This document shows, piece after piece, positions 12,452 through 27,547 of a DNA stretch of 64,000 nt. A model generated the notes under the pieces. That model was not told the DNA's origin. It was given only the letters and a program-made list of their open reading frames with translations, and did not search any database. The DNA comes from Octopus vulgaris (Eukaryota), in NCBI GenBank assembly GCA_951406725.2, contig OX597818.1:19096001-19160000 (forward strand), in the 5' to 3' direction. Positions within the stretch are counted from its first letter, which is position 1. Each line of letters starts with the position of its first letter. A program made the position numbers and the translations under genes.

Positions 12452-14059
12452 ATATATATATATAAGTAATTTTGTGTTGTTCAAGCAGAATATTTAAACA
12501 ATCATCAGTAAGACAAAAAGTGAAAAAATGAGGCAGCGCTGGGTCGGTTGTAGAACTAATGAAAAACTTATGGGAGCCAAGTGACAGCATGCTGAAAGAT
12601 GAGAGTGGAATTCAGTACTATGAGAACATTTGATAAGAGCAACATGATGTAGAAGAAGAAGAAGAAGAAGAAGAAGAAGAAGAAGAAGAAGAAGAAGAAG
12701 AAGAAGAAGAAGAAGAAGAAGAAGACTAGGAGGAGGAGGACTAGGAGTAGGAGGAGGAGGAGGAGGAGGTTGTAGAAGCAAATGAACGATTATCATTGTA
12801 AAGACTGAAATCACAAACGATAGCAAGAAGATAAAAAAAAAGAAATGGTATTTTGAAAATGTTTTTGTGTTTAAAAGAAATACTTAGGTTAGTTTTCATC
12901 TACCTAGAAGAAAGACATGATGAGAATAATATGCATCTTTGGTGGTCAAAATCCAAACAAAAGAACGAATGAAAAACTATCAGTAACGTGAAACGTACTG
13001 TCTTCCAGATAGATGACGACTATGAACTACAAAGTCAAACCTTCTCAAGAATAGAAATTCTGATAGATATCTATGAAGAGATATTCCTGTCCTTACTTAT
13101 AACAATGTTCATTTGTTGCAATAATAAAACAGCGCTCCGTCAATATTATACGAGTGTTTGTTGGTTAACTCTCTCCTCTCTTTGATGACTCAGTCGCTAA
13201 GAAAAAAAAAAGGAAGCAACTATTACCTTATGACCACCCATGTGTAGGATCAAAGCTGAAGATTTTCAGTTGCACCCTCTCACCTATCCCCGTTGTCTCT
13301 TTCCCTAAGAAAACGTGATGAGATTGGAGCTGGTGTCTTGGCTTACTGAACAACTTGTACGATGGTATGGCTAGATTCAGCAAAACAGGTGAGGCGGGGC
13401 GATCTATCTGATGAGATATCTGGAAAGGCGAAAACGATAGAGATTGTATTAATATGAAGAAGATGAATAACGTACGACCTTCTTAATAAGACCCGTTAAA
13501 GAATAATAGTTAAGATGTATACTTTATTCCCAGGGGAAGTGAGATGTCTTATGAAAACGCCTTTTGGTTTAAACATGAAAGGTGGTTAGCATAGTGATTA
13601 GATATAGAATTGAAACCGACATCTCTTCAATATGCGTTTTGTAGAAGTGCGTGAAGAAAAAGGCATTTAGCAAAGCGGTAATTACTCTGAGGTATCAGCA
13701 AGGAAGAATGGGTTTGAGTTACACAGTGTGTTCATATGCACATACACACACAGAGGGTATTCGGGACAAATTTGATGATTTTCTCATATGCCTCCTGCTT
13801 TCTGAAACAGCTTGATGTATTGATGTTGGAGAGCATAAAAACTAAAATTGTAGTTGAGAAAAAGCCGATATGGCGAAAAGTCATCTGAATATTGGAAAAT
13901 AGTTACCTGTATCATGAGGATTCGTGCAGGGCATCAAAATTCCATCATCATGGTTCCTACTCAATGCTCTATGAATACTATAAAGGCTGTAAGACATGGG
14001 CAGCTACACAGTGAGGATTACAAAGCCAAGTTCCCCGTTCACCTACACCGCCGGTGATA

Positions 14060-14627
14060 ATCCACTGTAGACTATAAACAAATTGAATATACACGTGCAA
14101 AAAAATGTGCTTAATCAAACTCGGAACCCCACACCAAAATAGTATTCACCCTGCTCTAATCACCCAACGAAACTAACCATTCTCTCACAATGAAACCTCT
14201 ACCCAGCGAAATTACCAGCGCAAGAACAAAATTTAAAGTAAGATTTACTACCTTTGCTTCCATTACTATCACATATGTATCAATTATCTTCGCATCCTAA
14301 CCGATGCATCCATTTATCTTCGCATTCTGATGAGATTTACTTAAACCAGTAAATCGAAACGATCGTCAATGCTACCTTCATCTTTGCTTCCTTCTTCGTC
14401 GTTATCTAATTAAATTAAAGGTATACCAGCGATAGCCACAAGTTTCCCATTGTTATTACATTCAATTTCTTCTCCTATGTAACCTAAACTACGGTGTACC
14501 ATCCGAACCACCTGCTACCGCACAACCTTACAAAAGACTACAAGACTACCTACCCAGGAAATAACCAGGAGCGACTTTGGATTTAATTATCCCTTGGAGG
14601 TATTAAACCCCTCTAACTGATACCTAC

Positions 14628-14630
<3 letters not shown>
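14060..14630 (+). mobile_element. Penelope-like 3' end/pLTR remnant
   Basis: LIKLGTPHQNSI at ~14110-14145 resembles the GIY-YIG C-terminal LxTxxPxGxN motif. A perfect minimal hammerhead follows, then (TA)n. Confidence 0.6.
14322..14372 (+). ncRNA. Minimal type I hammerhead ribozyme, intact core
   Basis: GCATT-CTGATGA-GATTTACT-TAAACC-AGTAAATC-GAAAC-GATC-GTC-AATGC. Perfect 5-bp stem I, 8-bp stem II, palindromic ACGATCGT stem III and GUC cleavage triplet. Confidence 0.9.
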
Positions 14631-14649
<19 letters not shown>

Positions 14650-14676
<27 letters not shown>

Positions 14677-14868
14677 CACACAGAAAAAAAACACAGCAAC
14701 GCGAGGACGTGGGACAATTAAAGTATTATTTGACGCTCAGGAAAGAAGGGAAGGAGGGTTTAACGTTTCGAGCGGAGCTCTTCGTCGGAAACAAGGAGAA
14801 GGAAAGATCCCAAGAAGGGAAGACAGAGGAAAAAATATTTTTGCTGGTGGTGCTCAAGAGATCATATA
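14650..14868 (-). mobile_element. ~200-bp hammerhead element, copy 2
   Basis: Reverse complement of the 2068-2283 element. Core CCGACGA-A-GAGCTCCGCTC-GAAACGTT...GCGTC at ~14726-14794. Confidence 0.8.
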
Positions 14869-15244
14869 TAAGGAATTAATTAGTATATAGTGAACGCAAG
14901 AATTCAGAGCCAATGCAAAGGAAGAAATTCTTATGTTACCTAGCCTGATATGTAGATTTATTTTGACGTCCCTTACAGTCTCGTGTAACATCGTGTATTC
15001 CTGTTCAAAATAGAGACAATTACCGGTATTCCCAAGTTGATCGCTTGAAAATGTGAGAATCTCTCTCGAATGACACCAGTGGGTCACATATTATTCTATA
15101 AGTAAAGAATATTTATCCATTTATAAATATTTATAATTTTATCCACCATAGTTGAGCATACATTCTCACTTTTCGATATTAGCCTACACACACACACACA
15201 CTCACACACACACGCACGCACATATAAATATACATATATATATT

Positions 15245-15466
15245 CTTTCACATGTTTCAGTCATTTGACTGCGGCCATGCTGGGGCCCCATCTGAAAGGG
15301 ATTCAGTCGAAAAAATCGATCCCCAAGACCTATTCTTTGCCAGCCTAGTAGGTATTGCATCGTCTTCTTTTGCCGAACCGCTAAGTTATAGGTACGTAAA
15401 CACGCCAGCATCGGTTTTTCAAGTGATGGTAGGAGGACAAACACAGACAAAGAGACACATACACAG

Positions 15467-15540
<74 letters not shown>

Positions 15541-15998
15541 GAAGGCGCAATGGTCTAGTGGTTAGGGCAGCGGACTCGCGGTTGTAGGGTCGCGGTTACG
15601 ATTCTCAGACCGGGCGTTGCGAGTGTTTATTGAGCGAAAACACCTAAAGCTCCAAGAGGCAGGGTGTGGTGGCGATCCCTGCTGTACTCTTTCGCCACAA
15701 CATTCCCTCACTCTTATTTCTGTTGGCCTGCTCGCTTAGCCAGCGGGGGGGGCGTCATTTGAAGGCTAAAACAATGCGAAGCGCATTGTGACCAGCGATG
15801 TGTAGCAACATCTGATAGCCTGGTCGGTCACGGTGATATATATATATATACGACAGGCTTCTTTCAGTTTCCGTCTACAAAATCCACTCAGAAGGCTTGG
15901 TCGGCCCGCGGCTATAGTAGAAGACACTTCCGCAAGGTGCCAGGTAGTGGGACTGAACCCTGAACCATGTGGTTGGGAAGCAAGCTTCTTACCACACA
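15245..15998 (-). mobile_element. SINE family B with a family C SINE (15542-15836, + strand) nested in its internal microsatellite
   Basis: The 3' half of B at 15245-15470 and the 5' half at ~15848-15998 flank a full family C copy. Confidence 0.85.
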
Positions 15999-16698
15999 GT
16001 TTTGTACTTTTTACAATTTTAAAATATTATATATTAGTATCATACAAGTACTTTCATGTTTTCTACAATCTTCAGATTTATATAGTAACTGTATTAATCT
16101 ACAGTTATGTTTCACATCGACAGTGACGGTTATTTCTAAAGTACTGGGATAAATAGAACAGATAAAAAGTAGTTGATGTGAGTGTGTACGCGCGCGTGTA
16201 TGTGTGTATATGTATGTGTCTAAGGTATAATGACCTAGTGGTTAGGGCGTTGAACTTATGATTGCAACGTCGTGGTTTCAATTCCTGGACTGCGTGCTGC
16301 GTTTTGGTCTTGAGCAAAACACTTCATCTAATGTTGCTCTACGATCACCTCAATACCTGACGAGTGGTACATCATACAAGCTGTAGAGACAATGTCGATT
16401 TCATGGAGGGAGTAAGAATGTACAGCAAAAAACTTTGGTCACTACAAACAAAATATTTGTTCAAGTTGTGCAGCAATTGCGGAATCGTCTTTCTTAAAAT
16501 ACGAGAGGCTACAATCATATACATACATACATACATACATACATACAGATAGACATACATACATACATACATACATACATACAGATAGACATACATACAT
16601 ACATATGTATATATATGCATGTATGTATATGTATGTATGTATGTATGTATGTGTGTATGTATGTGTGTGTATGTATGTGTGTACGTATGTAGATTAAC

Positions 16699-16756
<58 letters not shown>

Positions 16757-16759
16757 GAG

Positions 16760-17090
16760 AACCTGGACCCCAGTACGTAACTGGCACTTAATTTATCGAC
16801 CCCGAAAGTCGACCTCGGCGGAATTTAAACTCAGAACGTAACGGCGGACGAAATACCTATTTCTTTATTACCCTCAAGGGGCTAAACACAGAGGGGACAA
16901 ACAAGGACAGACATAGGTATTAAGTCGATTACATAGACCCCAGTGCGTAACTGGTACTTAATTTATCGACCCCGAAAGGATGAAAGGCAAAGTCGACCTC
17001 GGCGGAATTTGAACTCATAACGTAACGGCAGACGAAATACCGCTAAGCATTTCGCCCGGCGCGCTAACGTTTCTGCCAGTTCGCCGCCTT
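16760..17090 (-). mobile_element. SINE family A with partial tandem duplication of its body
   Basis: The GACCCCAGT..TTTATCGACCCCGAAAG..GTCGACCTCGGCGGAATTT module occurs twice. Confidence 0.85.
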
Positions 17091-17619
17091 AAATACAAAA
17101 CAGTTTCTTGTATGCCACATTCGTGCAGGAACAATCGTGAAGTCTCTTGATAGATCGTTTCACAATTTGTTGACTGCTCTTCAGAAAATACGTACCCATT
17201 TCCAATGTAAAGTATTGAAGTAAAGCGTTTGCATTTCTCTATTGTTATCGCTGTGGTTGTTTTTACTTCTTAAATATATTTTGCACTGCTGCATACTAAG
17301 TTGTGCATAATATATAAATTCTTTGATGTAGAAATTATATATATTAATTAACGACGAGTTATCAATAGCACTAAAGCGCAAATCAGGCTGTGAACTAGGG
17401 TGGTAGTATAAATTATGATTGATTTATGAAGATAAATATATTATGCTGTTAATTAGAGAAGGAAACCGGGTACGTTAGCTCTTGGCAGATATGAGGTGGC
17501 ATCAAAGACATAAAAGGATTTTAAAAAATATTTATATATTTCTCTTATAGCAATGTTTTATCATATTTACATATATTTCTGTTTTCAATACGTCTGGCTT
17601 ATGCTATGTTCTGCATAAT

Positions 17620-17651
<32 letters not shown>

Positions 17652-18099
17652 ATACATACATACATACATACATACATACATACATACATACATACATACA
17701 TACATACATACATACATACGCATGCACATGCATATATACATACACAAATTCATACACCCAACACACATACATATATATTTATGTGTGCGTATATGTATAT
17801 ACGTGAGTACGTATGTATTCGTGAACGATGTATGTATGAATGAATGTACGTATGTATGCGTGTATGTGTGTGCATCTCATCTTAACAGGTTTTTGTAAAA
17901 CTTAAGTAGCTGATATCCCTTCTCCACGATATGGTTACTCGTGTGTGTAGTAAAGAAACAAGAATGGACAGCTCAAAGCATTGCTACTCGCGTTTCAATA
18001 GCGTGGTTAATATTTCAACAATGTGTAATAATTGGGTGGTATTACATAATATATCAATATTGCGTTACGGCACCATTTCATCAGGCAAGATAAATATAT

Positions 18100-18165
<66 letters not shown>

Positions 18166-18169
18166 TTAC

Positions 18170-18780
18170 GTGAGAGGTATTGGTATCCAGAAGACCCAAG
18201 GTGGCAGGTAATGCTATGTAAGTGCTATGAAAGGACAGTAGTTAAACTCTCGGTCCGATAATGATACGAGTGAGGAGTCGAATGCGGGTCTTGTAAGAGC
18301 ATGTATATGTTAAATAAAATGAGACAACAAAGCCAAGGCTGAGTGGAATTTTCAGGACATTTATAAAGAGAAAGTTAGTCTTACTGCTGCCTCTAGAATA
18401 TTAGTGATATCCCCTCATCAGAGACGATGTAAGATGGTTAAATAGAGGGAAATATTAGAGTTCAAAATAGGAGTTATTTTGGAAGGAAATAAGCAGTGTG
18501 TAGAGAAATAGGAGAATGAATGTAGAAATAAAATTTAAAATGTATAAAGATGTTATAGCTGCAGTTCCATTATCCAAGGAAGTGGTGTGTAGAAGTGGTA
18601 GAAATTCTTCTGTCCGTCGTATGTAAATTCCAATAGGAGTTCATATTTTGTCGTCACAAATGGTATGTGTGGTGACGTAGATTCCATATGCTGCTCGTTC
18701 AAAAGGATCTTGTGGTGTGAATGAAAATTTGAGAATGAAGTGGTAGTATTAAGCGAACAGAGAGGAGAGAAGAGATGTAT
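18170..18780 (-). mobile_element. Decayed Penelope-like pLTR region with a degenerate hammerhead (18378-18425)
   Basis: Minus strand: GTCT-CTGATGA-GGGGATAT...ATATTCTA-GAGGC-AGCA-GTA-AGAC. Stem I GTCT/AGAC is intact and GAAAC has decayed to GAGGC. Element boundaries are uncertain. Confidence 0.45.
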
Positions 18781-19346
18781 TTGTTAAAATAAAGAGAGGG
18801 GTCAAACGAAGAGGTGAGAAAAAAAAAGGAAAGAAAGAGGAAGATAAAAGGAAAAATGACCCTTTAGCAAGTTAAGTGAGATTGGTGAGAAGATGGGGCT
18901 AACAGAAAAAAGCCACAACATATCTATTAGGGCAGCAAAAGATAAACTCGGTCCAATATTTGCTAAACTAAGCAGAGTGGACTCCACTAAGGGACCTGAG
19001 GACCTAGAGTTTCCAGTTTCTGCACTGAACAATGGACTAGTGGTTTAACACAGAGGAAGAAGGAGAGAGAGACAGACAGAGAGTGACAGAGAGAAAATGA
19101 TACAGGGACATTGAAAAAGAGAAAGAAGGAAAGAAAGAAAAGAAAGAAACAAATGAATAAATGAATGAATGAATGAAAAATTAGCAGAGTGACGCTTAGA
19201 TAGAATGCAAAGAAGAGAGACAGTTTAGATAGAATAGAAAGAAAACAAAGATGGAGGAAAGCGGGAGGAAAAGAAAGAAAATTCGATGCAATGAAAAGAG
19301 AGAGAGAGAGAGAGAGAGAGGGAGGGGGGAGAGAGGGAGAGGGAGA

Positions 19347-19387
<41 letters not shown>

Positions 19388-19567
19388 TGAATGTTTCAGA
19401 GAAGGAAAGAAATCCATAAATATATTTATGATTCTTGTGTGGCGGGGATGCAGTTATCGTGATGGACAGAGGTAGAGGGAAATGATGAAGGCATTGATAC
19501 AGATAGATATATATAACTTGAAAGAGGGAAAAGGAGAGATACATAGACATGAAACAAAGTGTGCGTG

Positions 19568-19681
<114 letters not shown>

Positions 19682-19918
19682 CATGTGTGTGTATGCGTGT
19701 GCAAGTATGTTTGCATGCATATATATATGTGTATATATATATGTATATACATATGTGTATATATGTTTGTAAAGATAGATAATGCATGAGAATATTTAAA
19801 TATATCTATTTCACATAAAATATATATTTTAAAATTGTAACCCACCTTGCTCACAGCCTTTGGGCTGAAACATATAAGAGAATAAAAGAATAAAATAAGA
19901 TGTATATGCATATATATA

Positions 19919-19976
<58 letters not shown>

Positions 19977-20061
19977 AGAAAGTGTGAGTGAGTGTATGTA
20001 TGTATATATGTATACATATGTATCTTTCTATGTATATATATATGCATATATATATATACAT

Positions 20062-20120
<59 letters not shown>

Positions 20121-20162
20121 GAAGACAGACAGACAGACAGACATTCAGACAGACAAACAGAC

Positions 20163-20217
<55 letters not shown>

Positions 20218-20221
20218 TAGA

Positions 20222-20341
<120 letters not shown>

Positions 20342-21514
20342 GGGATGAACGGGTCATAAACTATATCTAAATGTGATTGTGAGATTGTGAATGAAGAATG
20401 AATACGGGTATGTGGAGGAACAGAAGGTGCATAAAGAATGTGTGTATAAATATAATGACATAATAATGATAATAATAGATTGGAAAGAAGTAAATTAAAT
20501 AGCAGAGCTGATAATTGCTATTTTGGCGTCATCAGATCAAACTGACCCAATACTTGTCCCCACTAGCAATTGGAAAATGTCAAAGAAGGAAGGAGGGTTT
20601 AAGAGGGTAAGAAAAAAAGAATACGAGAAAGGAGGGAGGGAAGAAAACAAGAAAGAAAAATAGAAGAGGAAATGGAAGAAAGGAAGGGGAAAAGTAAGGA
20701 AATAATAGGAGAGGTCATGTTGTATCTGTAGTAAAGACAAATCGATCTGGAAAGATTGGTTGCTGAAGGAGGAGGGGAAGGAAATATTAGAGGGAACGTT
20801 AAAATGAATGGGAGAAATGAAAGATTGGAAGAAAAAGATGAAAGAAAGAAAGATAAAGAGAGTAAAGGAAAGAAAGACAATAGAAAGGACTACAGATCGA
20901 TCTGGACATATTGTTTGTCGAAGGGGGAAACCCTCTCCAAAAACATGAAAAAGATATACAGAATGAAAGATACGAAGAAAGAAATAAAGACGGAAAGTAA
21001 GAAAGAAAGAAAAAGAAAGAAGGAAAGAAAGAGAGGATGGGAGAAGGCCATAAAGAATGAAAGAAAGACGTAAAAGAAGGAGGGACGGAATCACTACGCT
21101 TGTTAAATCGATCGATTGATAAAATAGGAATGTTGGGTGGAGGAGAAAAAAAAATTGGAGGTAAATGATTTGATTGCTGAAAGGGACTGAGAGAGATGAG
21201 GAAGATGAAGCTGAAGAGGATATGGAGGAGGAGATGGCAGAGAGAGAAAGAGAGGGGGAGGGAGAGAGGGATGGAGAGTGAAAGGTGGGGGAGACAGACG
21301 GGTATTGGAGGAGAAAGAGTAGGATAGTCGGTTGATGGGGGTGGCGTGGCTGATAGTCCGGTAGTTGAATGGTCCGGTGATGGCTGAAAGTGTTTAGGTT
21401 ATTGCTGATAAAAAGGTTGGCAGGTAAACAGCAGCAAGGGTGGAGATGGGGAGTGGGGGGTTAAGATGGGAGGGGTAAGCGCAATGATGAAATCAGATTG
21501 GATATGTTGGACTG

Positions 21515-21592
21515 ATGATGATTATGATGATGATGATGATGACAACGGTGATTGTGGTTACGACTGTTTTTGTTGCTGTTGCTGGTGATGAC

Positions 21593-21624
<32 letters not shown>

Positions 21625-21905
21625 GGAGGAGGAGGAGGAGGATGACGATGATGATGACTATGACGATGATGATGACTATGACGATGATGATAACAATGAT
21701 GATGACGACGACGACGACGATGACGATGATGATGATGATGATGAATGCGATGATGATGATGATAAGGGTGCTGTGATGACGATGGATAATGAGAAGGGTG
21801 GTGTAAGTGATAAGTGTTACTGTAAAGATAGTGTCGGTGGTGGTGGTCATGGTATAGGGCACGGCTAGGGAGTACTGTCAGTAGTGAAGGCGATAGTGCA
21901 AAGGT

Positions 21906-21937
<32 letters not shown>

Positions 21938-21990
21938 TCAGCGATGGTGGTGACGGTAGCGGCGGCTGTATTGGAGGTGATGGCGGCGGT
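21515..21990. repeat. Compound trinucleotide low-complexity tract (GAT/GAC/GAG/TAG/GGC)n
   Basis: Seen directly. It explains the poly-D/M/I/H ORFs. Confidence 0.9.
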
Positions 21991-22620
21991 AGTGATGTAG
22001 AATTGCGGAGAAAAGTCATTTTGTGAAAGATGATTACATTTTAATCAGCAGAGTTCAGAGTTATTACTGTGGTAGTTGTTATTGTTTTTTCGTTGTTGTT
22101 GTTGCTGATGCTGTTGGTATTTTTGCTCCTTATATTCTTGTTGTGAGCAGTGCTGTTGCTTTCATTATTGTTTTCTGCTGTTTACCAACAGGTCAGTCTT
22201 GGTCAAGCAGACATATAGTCAAACCGACATTTCACCCTGACTGTCTTGTTCTTTTGCAATGGTTTTCAGGAACTTCGTTGCCTAATATACTATTCGTTTT
22301 TAAGATGATAGTCTGTAATTTGAAGGAAATTTGGTGGCTATTTCTAGCCGGTCAACCGGCCTTGTAGAGGCTCCGGTGTCGTTATTGTAGTTCACGGCAG
22401 TCATGTTGTTTACATGACTTTATGCTAATGTACATACTTATGTACGTACGTACATAAGTATGTATGCACGGTTGTAGGTATCTATGCGTGTATGTATGTA
22501 TGTATGTATGTATGTATGTATGTATGTATGTATGTATGTATGTATGTGTGTATGCATGCATGCATGTATTTATATATGTATGTGTGTATATATATCTATA
22601 ATGTATATATATTTATACAA

Positions 22621-22669
<49 letters not shown>

Positions 22670-22675
22670 GTTCAA

Positions 22676-22900
22676 ATTTACAGAAAACAAAAGACGAAAA
22701 CTGGTGAAGGAACAACAAGCGTGTGTATTAGTTTAACGCTCAGGAAGAATGGAAAGGTATTTGACGTTTCAAGCTTGCGCTCTTCGACAGAAAGGATTGA
22801 GAGGGAAAAAACGGAGAGAGAATGCAAAAAAAAACAAAAAAAACGAGAGAGAGAAAAAAAACCTTCCAGTAGCCCTCCCGCTAAGTTATTTCTCTGGTAA
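22676..22900 (-). mobile_element. ~200-bp hammerhead element, divergent subfamily, copy 3
   Basis: Minus strand: CTGTCGA-A-GAGC-GCAA-GCTT-GAAACGTCA...CCTGAGCGTT at ~22732-22793. Confidence 0.65.
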
Positions 22901-23526
22901 CAACACGTTCATGTACCCCAATGTAATATCGTTATATCGTTACAGAGATTTCAATGTACACAACGCGTTCTGGTACAGAACATGAATTGAAACAATATCA
23001 TAACTAAAATTATTTTACGTCCTGAGCACCCTATAACAGTACATCCGCGCACTCACACGCATATATAATATTGCTTGAACTCCGCCATACAATTGTAGAA
23101 ATTTCAAAAAAATCTTTATTCTACACATGTACAGAACAAATATAATCGGAATAAATCAGTAAAAATACCTAGCTCGATTGTAATTTGTGCGATCTTGAAG
23201 ACTACGGGTGACAGAAGTAATATGCACTGTTAAACAACTAAGAAATTCAACAAAGAAAAACTAAAGAAAAATAAAAGAGGAAAAAATGGATAAATTGTAA
23301 AACAAACAGCAAACTTATTATTTTGATAATTAGCCAAGATCAACAATTCTATAAACGGTCACAAAACACCACACAACGAACCAATTTTAAGCAAAACAAA
23401 TTTAGGTAACATTCTGACACTTCAACTGCAAGTAAACTTATCGAAGCACATTTCCAAAATCAGCTACCAAACAAATTACACGTGCATGCACAAGCACGCA
23501 CAGGCACGCACACACACACAGACTCA

Positions 23527-23564
<38 letters not shown>

Positions 23565-26178
23565 GCCCACACACAGAACAGTAACTTTAACCTTCCGTCA
23601 GATACCAAACAATATACAGGGAGCCTCACCAGTGCTCGAGTAGCTCGTAGTCACTTCCCAATATGTTCAGGAATAATTTTAACAATTCTAAAATTCAAAA
23701 GAAAAAAATTAAGAAAAAAATTACCGATCATAAGCATATGATCCTTTTGTTATGTATTGCCTTAAAAACCCATTGCATCTGTCCAAATCAGACACTAATT
23801 TCAATCTACACCTCTTGACTACTCTACTACTTATGTCTGGTTGGAGGGCTTCGGCGGTCAAGTTTGACCATTCATCTGCACATGTTCAGGCATTGGTAAA
23901 GTATTTCTGAGTAAGACTTGCAGTTGTCCATGGATGTAAATCTCTTCGCTCCCTGCCACCGATGTTTATCCAAGAGAAAGGGCCGCTGAGTTGGGCTGAG
24001 AGAGCTGGACACCTGTGCCATCGCAGTTGTTACTGTCAGGGTGCAAAGAAATGGAACAGATACCGCAAGGTATCTTTCGTAATCCCCTAACTGCTCCACT
24101 AATCCAATAACCTGGGTTAATATATTTTTTATCGACCCTGAAGCGATGCTGAAAGACAAATCCTCGATAGGATTTGAACTCAAAGTGCAGACAATCGGAA
24201 CAAATACCACGTGTCATTCTATACAACGCTCTAATAGCTCTACTAATTCGGTGTCTACTTACAGAACCATAAACAAATAATACACGCCAGTTTCAACCGC
24301 AGTATAAACAGAACTTACGCACGCAGTCCTAACGGTTAAAAACACACGCGAGGTTTTCAGGTGAAATTGCTTAACACTTCTAGACGAGATAAAACAAAAC
24401 ATGAGTCAACTATCTTTTTGGTAACGATGTCTATGTGATGTACAATGAAACATTTAGAACCCGTAATAGACTGAAAGGTGTGCTACAAAGATCCGTTTTC
24501 ACCACCTCACTTTTACCAACATGACACTCCCATACCTTAACAAAATATTCATGTGCAGGTTCATACGTAGATGATATCAGTCATCTTCTATCTTTCGCCA
24601 GAAGCAGCAGTATAACTACTCTGGCAATATATCAATCATCGAGAAAATGGGCTTCAAAGAGATTAAAAGTAACACCTACAAAATGCAACAGTTTTCCTTT
24701 TGCTATTTTCACTGTTGAATAGCAACACATCAAATACAAACAACCATCATATTCAGCAATATAACTATACCGCACGTAAAAGTAATATTAGGAATTACAT
24801 ACAAAACGTCTTCAAAATTCACAATACGCAATATCGTGAAAGAACCAAAATGACACTCAAACATAGAGCACTGGCACGTACCACATTTAGCTAACAAAAT
24901 GAAGCAATAATTCGATACCTCATTGATTATGACAGTCGTGTCTGGATCTCATTGACCGTATGAACCAACAAAGAAAGCAAAACAATACGCTTTGCATCAT
25001 TACTGGCTCCATCAACAAACAAATGAAATAAACTACGCAGAATGAAAGACCACGTGGACATGCGAGAGACGCAGTTTGTTACTACAAAAAAATTTAATTT
25101 CCACAGTATTTGTCACTGCAAATGTAGTGACTTTCAAGCAAATCCATATAAAACATCCCAGAACAGTAATATATTGATTTCAAATTTGAGCACATGGCCA
25201 GCAATTTCGAGGGAGGGATAAGTTGATCGCATCGACCCCAGTGTTCAACTAGTACTTATTTTATCGACCCTGAAAGGATGAAAGACAAGGACGATCTCGG
25301 TGGAAAAAATAACCATTTTTCTTGAAGTTATGAGGAAACAAAGTCGGTGGGGGCACACGTGTAGTATGCTAAGCAATGGCATATTGGTTTCAACTTTTAG
25401 AACAAGGTCCGCAAGTTCATGGGAGTACCATTCTGTAATTACTACGCCACCCATTTAACGTACACAAATACATATAAACATACACGCACATAACAATAAC
25501 AGCAACAACGTCAATATCCACATTAGCACCAAATACTGCTTGGATATAAACGACCAATGATAAACGCAGAGCTGAAATAACTGTCAGTAACTGATTGCGT
25601 GGTTCTACCACCAGATTTTAAGTGCATACAGAACAGGTTAGACGCTGGAGAAAATGCAACACGTCCTAATTATTGCGCTGTAGTTTCTCCATTAAACAAA
25701 TAACAGCTGTTTTTAATTGCAGTTGTGATTTAATATAATAGCAACAATGAAACTGGTGGCGGTAAATAAACGTAGAAGCGTGTGAGATGTTCTGGCATAG
25801 CCGTTGTGGCGCTGCTTATTTGGTGTTGCTGATTCGACACCGACTTATTTAGCATCAGACCTTTTTAATGTATCTTTCATTTTAATAGTTCTCTCGTTCG
25901 CTCCCATTTGTGTGTGTGTGCGCGCGCACGTGTTGATATATATATATGTCTGTGTTCATATGTGTGAGCATATTTTTCTTTCGTGTGTGCATAAGATGGA
26001 AATTCTGTATGTCAGTCGCGTTCAGCTAATAAATTGCAATATGTCTTTCTCGCTCTCGCTCTCTCTTTCTCTCTCTCACACACACACACACACACTCACA
26101 CACACTCTCTCTCTCTCTTTCTCTTTCTTCCCCACCAACTCTCTCTCCCTCTAATATATATGTGTACATTTATGCTCG

Positions 26179-26224
<46 letters not shown>

Positions 26225-26889
26225 TGCGTGTGTGCGCGTGCGTGTGTGCGCGTGCGTGTGTGTGTATACCTCCAGCACAAAAAGTACTGTCGCTAAAAAA
26301 AAAAAGAGATTCGAAATTCATTCAACCGTGCCAAATCGCCAGCGCCCAAACAACCGCACCCAACTGTTTCATTCCAGAAGCAGAAGAGAAGCGACAATAT
26401 CATTCAAAATCTAATTCTACTTGGGTTGTAAATAGTTACTGCAAGCTTTCACGAGCCATGGCTATAAATAACCTCCGATAACAACTACGTTGTTGCTTAA
26501 AGCGTAAGAATGAATGAAAGGATTTTGTATACTAATGCATAATAAACTTTTTTACTAAAATCTATATTATTCTTTTACGGTCAACTTATAAAACATTTTT
26601 ACTATGGAACAAAATCGAAGACGTAACCTATTATAATCTATTATTACCGCATACTATTTGAAATTATTTGTTAGACATTTGGCTGATATATTATGGAACG
26701 AAATCGAAGAACTAATCTATTATAAACACAATATTTATATTGCTTTTGTTTTCTGTTACAGAACTGGCTGGCAAATATTTTTAATTAAGTATGAGATATA
26801 CATGTGTGAGTGTAATTGTGTGTGTATGTGTTCGTGTGTGTGTATATGTATATATATATATATATATATATACTTTTCTTTTTTTATAC

Positions 26890-27088
26890 ATTTATTTGTT
26901 TCAATCATTTGACTGCGGCCATGCTAGGGCACCGCCTTTAGTCGAACACATCGACCCCCGGATTTATTCTTTGTAAGCCTAGTACTTATTCTATCGGTCA
27001 CTTGCCGAACCGCTAAGTTACGGGGACGTAAATACACCATCACGGTGGGGAGACAAACACAGACACATAAACATACACACACGCACGC

Positions 27089-27157
<69 letters not shown>

Positions 27158-27304
27158 CGACGGGCTCATTTCAGTTTCCGTCAACCAAATCCATTCACAT
27201 GGCTTTGGTCGGCACCGGTTATAGTAAAAGACATTTGCCTAAGGTGCGACATGGTGGGACTGAACCCGGAGCCTTGTGCTCCTTACCCCACAGCCACTCC
27301 TGCG

Positions 27305-27310
<6 letters not shown>
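26890..27310 (-). mobile_element. SINE family B
   Basis: Homologous to 3612-4040. Confidence 0.85.
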
Positions 27311-27368
<58 letters not shown>

Positions 27369-27497
27369 TAATGCAATACAAAGTATTGCCTTCCAGTAAA
27401 AAGTAGCCCGTGAGGGAAAAATACACAAATTAGTAAATAAATGGCACCAGTAAATATCGGTACTTGGTTGTGCCATTTATTTACTAATTTGTGTATA

Positions 27498-27547
<50 letters not shown>

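Noticed and set aside
21515-21868. Poly-Asp ORF resembling an acidic biomineralisation protein
   Set aside because: Open in several frames on both strands because it is a (GAT)n tract. No signal peptide or splice context.
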